This document shows positions 13,921 through 24,523 of a stretch of DNA of 64,000 nt, in pieces. The DNA comes from Lingula anatina. Its lineage: Eukaryota; Animalia; Brachiopoda. Where the stretch lies: contig CM120640.1 in assembly GCA_051362555.1 (NCBI GenBank), positions 22,554,225 to 22,618,224 of the forward strand. Reading direction: 5' to 3'. The position numbers and the translations under genes are program-made. The first letter of the stretch is position 1, and each line of letters opens with the position of its first letter. Under the pieces are notes generated by a model. The model was not told the DNA's origin. It worked only from the letters and a program-made list of their open reading frames with translations, and did no database searches.

Positions 13921-16900
13921 GTCTTTTACCTCTGGAATTACTACACTGTATGATAGTAATGCAGTAATACTTTGGTAAGATGTTTAATCTTCCTGGTGTT
14001 TACTACTTATACTAACATGAAAGTGGTTAGTGCAAGTGAAAAGCCCAGGTATAATTTGCTCTACATCAAACTTTATTAAAATATTTCAGGTATCATTCGT
14101 GCTAAAATTAACAGATAAGTGTATAACTGAATCTTTCAGTTTTTGTAAATGATTAAAGAATTATTTAGTGAAACGCATTTGAAAACATACCATACATAAC
14201 ATACATAATTAAACTCTTTAAATTGAGATAATTGAAATAATCTATTAAAATCATTCTAGTTTTAAAAAGATTAATAATACTGAATGCATTTTTATGTACC
14301 ACAACTATTATCCAGTAAATCTTTTATTTGTGCTGTAATTATAATAACCCAGTAACATTTTGTTTTAAAATTCACTTGTAAAAAATTTGGTAATACCCAG
14401 CAGATCTTTGTTAACTACCAGATTTATAAGATGCCATCATTTTCTATCAAAATTCAATAACTTGGAAAAAACCAAGATATAAAATATGCAGTAATCAGAA
14501 TAATCAGTTTTTCATAAACTGTTGCAGTATTCTTTTAAGCTCAGGGAATAAAATCAACCATTTTCTTAAAAACTGTTTTGTAACTTTTTAAAATAAATTT
14601 TCAGCAAAGTGATGCATAAACCAAAAAAACAACTGGTTATCTTAAATAGCATAACTGTTATACACATAGTCAAAAATATTAGCCAATGGTACTGTTCAGC
14701 AAAACAGATGCCAAAAGCCTATTAATATGGAAGCCGGTCGGTCTATAGGTAAAATAGGCACAACAACTGTTGTTTAGCATTTGCCTATCTAACACAACAA
14801 GATATGGTTGCAATTCCGATTTAAGATCCTCTTCACAGCTTCGCACCTGGTGTAACCTGCAGGCTGCACAGGCTTTACATGAAACGCAATGTTTGCTGCT
14901 GCAGTGAATTAAATCTAAACATTACTGCCTTAAGCTGGATTGTTTACTTAAAGGAATAAAGGTCGAATTATTGATTGCAGATTTTAATTGCATTTTCAAT
15001 ATTTCTTTTACTTACTGCCCAATGACATCTTCCACTTTTTCATTCATTCAATAAAAATGCATTTTCTGGTTCTTTAAAAATTTGTTTGGTCATAATAAAA
15101 TTCTTTGTCATTTATTGCTATGACCCTTTGCCTGGAAAATTCAATTTCAAACAATGCTTCGCAAACTTGAAACTTTTTTAATTGCCTCTTTCATCTAAGA
15201 ACAGTTACAAATTGGTGTGTTATCTGAAAAAAATCTTTTTTGTTGTCTAGAGAACGGTGACAACCAGTTTGAGTGCTTTTTCAAATAAAAATTCTTTAAA
15301 ATGAAATGAAAATCAACATAAATCATAAAGGCGCTGCTAATGCCTTCAAACTGATCGCCCCCACCTATTCTTGTTGTATCAGTTTGTATATATTAGACAG
15401 CATATTCCCAGACCTCAGTAGGATGCCAAATGAGGAATGGTTTCCTGCCTGTAAGTGGGCAAACAACATCTCTTGACATTCAGAATGCTAACCTCGATAC
15501 TAGTGGCATTTGTTTCTGTTTCCCATCACTTGGTTGCCTCAGAGTGTTGCTCATTATAAGAATAAACTACGTTATTCTCCAGCTTAAGTTTGCGTGGATT
15601 TGGATATATTGGACACCCAACGCAAGCAAGTGCGGGCAGAATGATTGGTTTGGGTAATTCTGAGCAAAGTCAAAGGTGGGAGTGGTTTTGTTATTTTTTT
15701 TCTATGAAAAAGGGGAATGGGGGGTGGTGGTTAACAAAAAACTTGTTTTCTCAACCTGAGAAAGAAATTATTAGGCCTTTTCAATATATAGATATAATGA
15801 GAATGGTATAATCAATACACGTGAGGTGCACTTTATGGATGTGCATGTTGCATGTTCAACAGTCTGGTTGCTTGCCTCATCTGCATGCACATTCCATTTC
15901 ACACATTTTACGTTGCATGCACTGTGCAATCTAAAACTGAAAATGGACTAGTAATTCAGTACATCTCCTGCAACAAATAGATCTTAGATTAACAGATTGC
16001 AAAAGATGTTAGATGCAGCTTGTGCTCTTGTCGGAAATGTTGCTGCCACATATAACAGATTTTATTACATCTAATTCATTTGTAAGGCCCTTAAAGCAAA
16101 CAGGTTAGCTGCTTTACTTAATGACAGAACAGGGGTTGATCTATTTCAGGTATCTGTAGTCAGTTTGTAAGGAAAGGTGTGTTAAGTATGAGAATATAAT
16201 TACTACCTGGACTGTGAAAGCCAATAGCTTTAACTTAACAACAGATGTATGAGGAATGCACTTACGGTTCACTACTACACCATCAAAATAGACTGATATT
16301 TTCAGCGAGTTTGCCAAGGGTCTATTTCAATCACCAATATCAAACTTACATAATGCCAAATCTTGCTCTAGCTTGTATGCAACCTGCTCAGCTCGCTCTT
16401 TTCTCTGAAACATGAGAGGTTTCATTTGTAAGAAGCTATCAAAAAATCAGGTAAGATGAAATATATTAAAATTCAGTAGTTCTGGGAGTAAGTTTCTATA
16501 CTGCAACACAAGGTACTTTTAATAAGTTTTGATGTTTAATGTTTGAAATTTATGTAGTTTGCATTAATATGACAGTTAAGGCACTGGGTGCACATTAAGT
16601 TCCTTACCTTCCTTTCTTTGCGTTCCTCTTTGGTTTCAGCCCTAGTAGGTGGGGGTGTATCCTTAGGGTCCTAAAATATATAACTAGCAATATTTATCTG
16701 GAAATTGAAAATGCCTCAAGTGCCGCTTACAGAAAGCTGTCTAACAAAATGTTTAAAATATCAATAGCAATTTCCTTTGGGTACACTAAAGATCAGTAAC
16801 CCTAGTTCAAGTTGTGCTAGTAATTCTAACATTCTCTATGCATATATCAACAATTTTTACCGTCTCGAAAGGAGATATATATGTGATGAGCAAATGGGCC

Positions 16901-18975
16901 TGCTCAAGCAAACGTATGTGTTAAAGAAGAAAAAAGCCTATTGCAATGTAGATCATTAATTCTGAATGTAATAGGGTTCTAAACGGGCTTGTGTATAATT
17001 TTTCTTATGTGGTTAAACATGTGACATGTACTGCATGTGTGAGGCTACATTTCACCTTTCTTTTTTCATGGTGCTATATATTCCCAATTCCAATATCTTT
17101 TCACAAATGATGGGTCTGCCAGACCCATTATTGTGTCAAATGGGAATACTTCCTTTCTTCTATTCATGTGCAACAACCGGGTCACATTTGTCATGCGGAT
17201 CTTTTTTATATATCCCATATTATTCAGAGCAAGAAGCACATAACTGCATATTACAAAATACTAACAATAGAGAAGAGCACTGCAGTTTTATGGAGATAAG
17301 TGCTATAAACAAAGGATGGCTAGACATAAGCAAGCTCTATAGCATGAAGATGGATTATTTAATGTTCGTTCTCCACAGCACTTAATTTCTGTTGCTGTTT
17401 ACAATGTGATCTAATTTTGGCACTACAGTAGAGGCACTGATATCTGTATATACAGACTAGCATTATAGGATCAGCTGAAGCAAATTGATGGCTTTAGGAC
17501 TATTCCAGAACCAGATCCTGGGAAATTCATATGGAGTCACAATGCTGCCTTGCTTTTCTGAAAAGCTTAAACAGTGCTTATTTATTAACATTTGGTTTTT
17601 CTCTTTCCAATTTTGTGTGTTCTTAATACAAAGGTTTTCTCCATGCCTCTTAGGTTCAGAGACCCAGAAACCCGTGAATCATTGCGGCACGAACGCAAAG
17701 TTGCTGCAAGAAGAATTCAACGGGGCAGCAAAAAAAGAAAAGCATCAACAGCATCTGAGACTGGACAGGATCTCCGGAGAAAAAGCAGCACCCCATCAAT
17801 GTTCAAAGCACCCAGTCCAACTTTACTGGATAATGCTCAAATAATGGTGGACAAATTAGACCCAAGTCAGTGTATTCCTAACGAAGATAAAGATGCCTGG
17901 AAACTCAACAATCAAGTCCCCGAAGCTTATCACCTTGTGTCAGTTCCAGATGATGATCAAGTTGCCCTGTTACCACCCTCCTCTCCTAGCAGTCCTGTGA
18001 CCAAGTAAGTGTTCAAGTGTAGGTTCAATAATGCTTATGAAAACAGTAGTTTGAAAATTACCATATAGCAGTTAATCTACATATGAAAAGACAAGATCAA
18101 TATGTATGGATTAAGAGAGATCGACAAAGAAAACAAACCTGACAACAATAGTGTCACTGAAGCTTCTCTTCCACACCTGGCATTTTTCCTACATGCACAG
18201 ATGCAATCACTGATTCAATTACGCGTTACTTTCTGATAAGAAACAATAACTAATTACATTGGAGAGTAGATAATGCCGTTTGAGATTTGGGGGTATGTCT
18301 TCCCATTGCATGCAAGGCCCTATTATCAGCATCAAATTGTATGACTGATCTCACTAGACTACTGTGTGGGAGACTCCACAATCAATGGGATATTGATTGC
18401 CTGTGAAAACCAAAGGAATAATCAAGCATCTGAATTGGTCAAATTCGGATCAGTTTATGTGTAGCAGATCTTTGGGCACTCTACACCAATTGTGCTGATT
18501 AAATTAACTGAGAATGCAATGAATTATTAATTGAAATTGTGTCGATGGTGTAGATTGGAAGTGTGAACAATAAGCAGTAAGGAAGATACCTGTCACATCT
18601 TTGGCTACCGTGTCTGTGTTATGCACGTGAAAGGTCCACTCTAGAAGTTACGGAATACTTTTTCATGTAGACGGCCAAGTACCACGAGGATGGCAACTAT
18701 TGTTTCCGCCATTTTGGAGTTGTAAGTTAAATTAAGAAGTCAGCTTTTAGTTCGTATGCAAATGTTAAGCGTCAGAAGAAATCAATTGGACTTATTAAGT
18801 GGGCAACATAGGCATATTTTAAGCAACTTACCTCAAATTCGTTCAAATTGTTGGCTACTCCGAAGTATGGTACCCTCTTCTTTTCGTGTGGTAGCTTTGT
18901 TACTGGTGGAAGATATGGAATCGGGTCGCGTGGCGCAAAAAGCGCAAGCAAATTTGGTGGTAAAAATTGTGTCAT
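4376..18975 (-). CDS. SNRNP70: U1 small nuclear ribonucleoprotein 70 kDa (10 coding exons, about 463 aa)
   Basis: Exons (minus): 18832-18975, 16608-16670, 16350-16404, 12759-12823, 12278-12340, 8906-8987, 5910-6011, 5491-5566, 5051-5343, 4376-4824. All introns are GT-AG with consistent phases (1392 nt). Translation gives [53 protein letters not shown], the RRM motif [54 protein letters not shown], then RS/RD-rich repeats. Confidence 0.97.
8375..8436 (+). CDS. Candidate alternative first coding exon of Kv1 inside an SNRNP70 intron ([21 protein letters not shown])
   Basis: ataATGG context, 20 codons + 2 nt, donor CAG|GTAGGG, phase 2, PKA-type motif RRPS. Confidence 0.45.
9534..9580. repeat. 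(TA)n followed by poly-T and poly-G runs
   Basis: Direct reading. Confidence 0.85.
10724..10887. mobile_element. Degenerate MITE-like element with terminal inverted repeats
   Basis: Left end CTGGGACCAGTTTCATGAAGCAATATTTGGCTAAT versus reverse complement of right end CTGAGCCCTGTTTCAAGAAGCCATGCTTAGCTAAT. Confidence 0.5.
11171..11409. mobile_element. Fold-back MITE (Tourist/PIF-Harbinger-like)
   Basis: Ends GACCCCATTCCC...GGGAATGAGGCC with long imperfect inverted arms (CAATCCATCTCTGCAGGGACTCTCGCTGAATGCAATC vs rc CAATCCAACTCCAGGGGACTCTTGCTGAATCCAATC) and a 3-bp direct flank TAT. Confidence 0.65.
13881..13918. repeat. (TA)n microsatellite
   Basis: Direct reading. Confidence 0.95.
17643..18004 (+). 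CDS. Candidate long alternative first coding exon of Kv1 inside the first coding intron of SNRNP70 (120 aa)
   Basis: ATG 17643, stop-free and protein-like for 120 codons ([33 protein letters not shown]...[11 protein letters not shown]). Ends exactly at donor CAA|GTAAGT in phase 2. Confidence 0.65.
18690..18721 (+). CDS. Candidate short alternative first coding exon of Kv1 ([11 protein letters not shown])
   Basis: aggATGG Kozak context, 10 codons + 2 nt, GTAAGT donor, phase 2, hydrophobic ball-like peptide. Overlaps a YY1-like CCGCCATTTT motif, which is an alternative explanation. Confidence 0.4.
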
Positions 18976-19089
18976 AATCTACGAGCACAGATCTTTTGTG
19001 TTCTAAAAAGGTTCGCGGTCCAACGTAAGTCAGAATTTAGGAGTAAACGTATTAGAATGACTAAGATTATCTGCTGAATATTCGATTAC

Positions 19090-19140
19090 CATTCCCTCTT
19101 CGTCATCACATGCCACCCAATAATGGCTTCCACCCTATAC
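19090..19140 (-). other. SNRNP70: Probable non-coding first exon / TSS region of SNRNP70
   Basis: Acceptor AG at 18980-18979 just before the ATG requires an upstream exon. Donor ATG|GTAATC at 19090/19089 lies in a CpG-rich segment. The upstream boundary is approximate. Confidence 0.4.
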
Positions 19141-19792
19141 CCGCTTTTGTAGTCACAGGTGCAGATATCCCATTCATTACTTGCCTTGTTTACGTGCGCG
19201 TACTGTATAGAATAAGGTAATAGTGTTCTTCCGCGCTGCACCACCAAATAGTTATTTTAAAACTTTAGAGTATATGCTGATTGTATTTGCTTAAAAAATT
19301 AAGTCAGACAAGCGGAATTCATAACAGAGAATATAGTAAAGTATATCTTAATTAATTATAGTACGTTTTAGATGTTCAGTGGACGGTGTGAACTGTCCCT
19401 AGTGGGACGCGATAATGACCGCATTACCGACTTTCTAGGGCACCTGCCAGCCTCGCTCTGGTCAATATTCATACGCTAATGGCAGATCTTGCGGTGTGAA
19501 TGGCCCAGTTGCCACGACGATTGTATTGATTTTTCAGCCATGAAATATTGGACTTAGTAGCTCAAATTTGTTCAGTAGCCTCTATTGACAATGCAGTTTT
19601 ACTGGGATGCATAGGTGACGTCAAAGAATAATATTCATCCGGGCTATCCCTTATTTTTGTGGAAGCCATCTTGCAGAGAGCAGAAGGCTTGCAAGACTGT
19701 GAAACGACATTATCAAAATTTCGAGGCTAGATTTTATTGAGAAGTGGGGGTTTACCCCCGTGATAAGGCCTCACCGCAAGCCAGTAAGCGGG
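19140..19792. promoter_or_regulatory. Divergent CpG-rich promoter region between SNRNP70 and the proximal Kv1 start, with a full CRE
   Basis: Head-to-head arrangement, local CpG enrichment, palindromic TGACGTCA at 19616-19623, YY1-like GCCATCTT near 19667. Confidence 0.55.
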
Positions 19793-21373
19793 ATGGAGGT
19801 CGCTATGGCTGGAGTGGAGGGGAATGGGGGACCGCCGCCTTATATGAATCAGAAACCTCATCTGAATCGTCCCTCTCTTCCAAATTCCAGGTCTTTCCCG
19901 AGAATCGGCCCAGACGACGATGCTCCAAACCAGGACGACTCACAGCTGCAGGGGAACACTGAGTATGAGTGCTGTGAACGTGTAATCATCAATGTAAGTG
20001 GTCTGCGCTTTGAAACACAGCTCAAGACCCTTAGCCAATTTCCAGAGTCACTGCTAGGAGACCCAGCCAGAAGAAACAGGTACTATGACCCCCTGAGAAA
20101 CGAATACTTTTTTGACAGAAACAGGCCTAGCTTTGATGCCATATTATATTATTATCAAAGTGGAGGAAGACTACGGAGGCCTGTCAATGTACCTTTGGAT
20201 GTATTCTCAGAAGAAATCAAGTTCTATGAATTAGGAGAAGAGGCAATCACAAAATTCCGAGAGGATGAGGGTTTCATCAAAGAAGAGGAGCGAGTGCTTC
20301 CTGAAAACAAAATACAGCGAAAGATCTGGTGTCTTTTTGAATACCCAGAGACATCCCTTGGAGCACGTATTATTGCAATTTTCTCAGTATTAATCATTTT
20401 GTTATCCATTGTTATATTTTGCCTGGAAACTCTACCTGAATTCAAACACTACAGGGTTGTTAATACAACCATCAATGGCACTGGGCATACTCTGGAGGAG
20501 GATGACATACCAAAATTCAGTGAGCCATTCTTTATTATAGAGACAGGGTGCATAGTATGGTTTACATCTGAGCTACTTGTAAGATTTGCTTCCTGCCCAG
20601 AGAAATTGGGCTTCTTTAAAGACATCATGAACCTTATAGACATAGTTGCCATCATCCCTTATTTCATTACACTTGGCACAGTGATTGCAGATGAACAGGA
20701 AACTCCAGAACCTCAGAAGAAGCAACAGAACAATCAAGCAATGTCATTAGCAATCTTGAGGGTGATCAGATTGGTAAGAGTTTTCAGAATATTCAAACTA
20801 TCCAGACACTCAAAAGGATTGCAAATTTTAGGACAGACTCTAAAAGCTAGTATGAGAGAATTGGGTCTGCTCATTTTCTTTTTATTCATTGGAGTCATAC
20901 TCTTCTCTAGTGCTGTGTACTTTGCAGAAGCGGACTCAGATGCATCACACTTCAAGAGTATACCAGATGCATTCTGGTGGGCTGTTGTGACAATGACCAC
21001 TGTAGGTTATGGTGATATGAGGCCTATAGGTGTGTGGGGAAAGCTGGTTGGTTCTCTGTGTGCTATTACTGGTGTGCTAACAATTGCACTCCCAGTCCCT
21101 GTTATTGTTTCCAACTTCAACTACTTCTACCACCGAGAGACTGAAAATGAAGACAAGCAGCAAGCATATGTACATGTTCAGTCTTGCCCCAACTTCCCAA
21201 GAAGAAAAACTGCTTCATCGGATGCATCAGATCATGAGGATGATGAGGAATCAGACATAATGGAAATGGAAGAGGGTATGGCATTGACTACAGGTTTGGA
21301 CAAACAGACAAAACAAAACCATGCCAATCTCTCCAATGATGCTAATAACATGAGCATTGAAACTGATGTATGA
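19793..21373 (+). CDS. Sh: Shaker/Kv1 voltage-gated potassium channel, intronless core (526 aa from ATG 19793)
   Basis: T1 domain ([43 protein letters not shown]), S4 [23 protein letters not shown], filter TTVGYGD, PVPVIV gate, C-terminal PDZ ligand ETDV. N-terminus [14 protein letters not shown] resembles Aplysia Kv1.1. The ORF-track start at 19760 is a GTG. Confidence 0.97.
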   Translation: MEVAMAGVEGNGGPPPYMNQKPHLNRPSLPNSRSFPRIGPDDDAPNQDDSQLQGNTEYECCERVIINVSGLRFETQLKTLSQFPESLLGDPARRNRYYDPLRNEYFFDRNRPSFDAILYYYQSGGRLRRPVNVPLDVFSEEIKFYELGEEAITKFREDEGFIKEEERVLPENKIQRKIWCLFEYPETSLGARIIAIFSVLIILLSIVIFCLETLPEFKHYRVVNTTINGTGHTLEEDDIPKFSEPFFIIETGCIVWFTSELLVRFASCPEKLGFFKDIMNLIDIVAIIPYFITLGTVIADEQETPEPQKKQQNNQAMSLAILRVIRLVRVFRIFKLSRHSKGLQILGQTLKASMRELGLLIFFLFIGVILFSSAVYFAEADSDASHFKSIPDAFWWAVVTMTTVGYGDMRPIGVWGKLVGSLCAITGVLTIALPVPVIVSNFNYFYHRETENEDKQQAYVHVQSCPNFPRRKTASSDASDHEDDEESDIMEMEEGMALTTGLDKQTKQNHANLSNDANNMSIETDV

Positions 21374-24309
21374 CTAGGATCGTAATTGGGAACTTTGGGA
21401 TTATGTCTTAATTTGCATTATGTTGGTTGACTTCTGCTTGACAGTTGATTCAAGTTCAGTTGATTACATGTTCTTTATTTAGGTTGGTTAATGAGAGAAG
21501 TCAACATACATGTATGCTGTTAATTTGAAGTATCTGGCTATTTAAAATAGCTAAAAGATAGTATTGATGCTAACAGTGGGATGGGATGTTAAAATTTTAT
21601 TAATGCAAAGTTACCCCCTTGTCAGTAACATTTTTGACAGATATAACTTCAAATTAATCACTTTACTCCTTATAAAGACAGTTACCTTTATTGTGCACAT
21701 ATGCAAGAATTTGACTCATTTCGAATGAACAATTGCCTGACTGCTCCCCAATTTTGATGCACAAATGAAAGTGATATTGAAACTTTGAATTGAAAAAAAA
21801 TGCTCTGCAGCCAAATAGGACACTGACTACAGTAACCCCTTATGTTACATGGGAAAAGTCTTCATGATTTGATAGTATACACATACAGATACACTGTTTT
21901 TTTGCTTTGCAAACAGCACATAATTGCACATTTACTTCAATGGAAGGTGGTCTTCGGTTGTCTATCGGTAGTTCTTAATCCTATTTCCATGGATTTATCA
22001 GTAATTACACAAAAGCCTACAGGCCTTACAGCAACGGTATGTGAAATCTCTAATGACTGGATCGATGCAGTTGATTTCCTCTGGAGCCCTGAGTATGGAA
22101 CTTGCAAGACACAGAGAGCTAGAGACAGCCTGGTTATCATCCTGCTCAGCCTATCCATACAAACTGAATTAAGAGACCCCATGATGCTAGGCCCAACTCC
22201 ACCATCATCACACCAAGTATGAAGGTCCCAAAGTCCATGCAATAAAGGTCACTAACTGACTAAATCCAACAGGATTTTGCCCATGGGTAAAATGCCCTGA
22301 TAATGCACACCTTACTACCAACCTTACAGTGAAGTGAAATTGGTAAGTATAGATTAAAACATTACACCATAGAGTTAAATAGTGAAAGAGGTATAGTTTC
22401 TTTGTACAAGTAAAATAATTGAATTATATTGAATGAATATTTAACATTGGTGTTTATTTATTATTTTTTATTTGCACTGAATTCTATTTTTGCAGACAAA
22501 GTTTGTTTTTCAGTTGTTTGTTTATTAGATATTGTCTTCCAAAGATATGGATCGTGCTTGATATTTTTTGACTTTTTCAGTTCTTACTTTGCATTTTGGG
22601 CTTAACCCATGGGTACCAATATACTCCTATGTATGTGTACCTAAATTTAGTGTTATAAATGCAATGGTGAACACTGACACAAATTGTGACGTATGACAAT
22701 ATGATGTGTCAGCCTGAAGTTATTTGGCTTGTCCCATACTGTATGACGTTACTTTTAAGTTTAGTAACTGAAGCGACTAGCAAAGAGAAAGGAATAGAAT
22801 TCTGTGTGTTGGCATGTGTCATAAATCTACCTGTTTACTGCTATCCCTCATGCTTACACTCTTACAAGTTTATTTCAGCTATTTCTCTCAAGTTTTATTT
22901 GAGTAAATCAGAATTTCACAGGAATTGATCCCTGAAAAAAGGACAAGTGTGCTTTGAAGCATAAAATGAAGTGAAAGCAGTATCATTTTCCGAAAGAAAA
23001 ATTTCACTTCAGCATGAAGCCCTCATCCCATTCTTCCTGCTCTCTTCTATAATTAGATAAAATATTGAAATGTTGGCTAACCAATGCACAGACAACTTTA
23101 AATAATCCAGATGTCCCATGGAAAACTAATGTCAGGGGACACTTGGGTATTTGTTATCACTTCCATCACAAAATTGCAGCTCTGTGACATTTTATTTAAT
23201 GGAAGCCAAGGAAAAAATAAACTCAGTATGGCTGATAGCCAGCATGTTGGTCCCAACTGTGGAAACATTGGATTTTTTTTAGAGTTCTTTTGAATTAAAG
23301 CATTTTTGAGAAAGTTTCGCTGAAATGTTTATTCCTTTTCAAACAGTTTCTTCAAAGCAGTGTAATGAAATGTTTACATGAATTGCAACATGCAATAGAT
23401 CAGAAATAGTGTTGCTATCTTGCAGATATTCTAGATTTATATAATTTGTCCAACATCAGATTTATGTATTATTTTTCCATTTTTTGTCCCTTTTTTTTTG
23501 TTATTGAAATACATATTTTTACTTGTGACACTTTTCTTTGGAACTTATTGGATTGTTTATGAATTATGAAGACAACAGAGATGGTTAGTAATTTTTAAAA
23601 ATCAATAGCCAATCTTGCCTATGTTCAGGACTTCAGGTATTTGCCACTCTTAAGTTGACATTTTTGAAAAAATATAAATTATGCAAGGAGTGAGGTATAT
23701 CTCAACTGAAAAAAGATATTTTGTTGAAGTTGATTACTTGTAAGAATTGTCATATTTTACAAGAAAGTTATTCCTCCTTTGATAATTTGTTTTGATGAAG
23801 TTTAGAGTTACTGCTTTTTATGGGCTAGGGCTACCGTTTTTTAACTGTGATGTTTTGCTTGGTTGACAAGATAATTTAACACATGGGTTATCCAGGCAAT
23901 GTTGACTGCTTATATTCTACATAGTGAGCATTTTTTTATTTGTCAGTCATTCTCATTATTTACTGCATGCAGTCTTCAAATACCTTTTTTTATTAAGGAT
24001 TACTCACACATAAATACATAATAACCCTGTCAAATGTTTATACCTTGGCTTGAAAAAAGTTCTTAAAATAGTATTTTATACCCTGTTCATATAAATTAGA
24101 AACGAAAAAATTGCAACATTTCATGAAGCTAATTCCTGATAACTTTGGGTTCATAAGCATCATTGGCAAACAAACCACATTTTAACCATGACTGCCTTTT
24201 TTTTTAATTTAGGCCATGCCCAAATATTCCTAATAAATACATTGCAGTGTTGGAAGCATTGTTTTTCTGTTTTTCAGATGAGGCCCATTTTATGTACATA
24301 TCGACTTTA

Positions 24310-24523
24310 GGGTGCATTCCCATAGATTTTAGATCGATCTATCCCCGTGGGGAGTCTCACTAGACTACTGTCAGATAATCTGGCTTAAATGTCCGTCCCG
24401 CCTACTACAAGCTGTAAAGGGGTAATTAACTTTCGTGCCCGCTCGGCTGACAGCTATTTAGCGTGAACCCCCAGGGAGTTAGGTCGATCTAGTTGGATCG
24501 ATCTAATCTCTGGGAATGGGGTC
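24310..24523. mobile_element. MITE related to the 11171 element (Tourist/PIF-Harbinger-like)
   Basis: TIRs GGGTGCATTCCCATAGATTTTAGATCGATC / GATCGATCTAATCTCTGGGAATGGGGTC with TTA target duplication. CpG-rich within CpG-poor surroundings. The right end rc (GACCCCATTCCCA) equals the left end of the 11171 element. Confidence 0.7.

Noticed and set aside
143-19024. Other plus-strand donors (143, 482, 1518, 4033, 6220, 9098, 12355, 16450, 16487, 18576, 19024) as Kv1 coding first exons
   Set aside because: A stop codon precedes any ATG in the phase-2 frame. They could only be non-coding exons or noise, and are kept as negative cases.
19760-19792. ORF-track N-terminal extension [11 protein letters not shown]
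   Set aside because: Starts at GTG. The ATG at 19793 has good context and matches the known molluscan Kv1 start.
20224-21000. Minus-strand ORFs over Kv1
   Set aside because: Antisense shadows of the channel CDS.
21842-22242. 126-aa and 101-aa ORFs just after Kv1
   Set aside because: No recognisable domain or convincing splice sites; likely 3' UTR.
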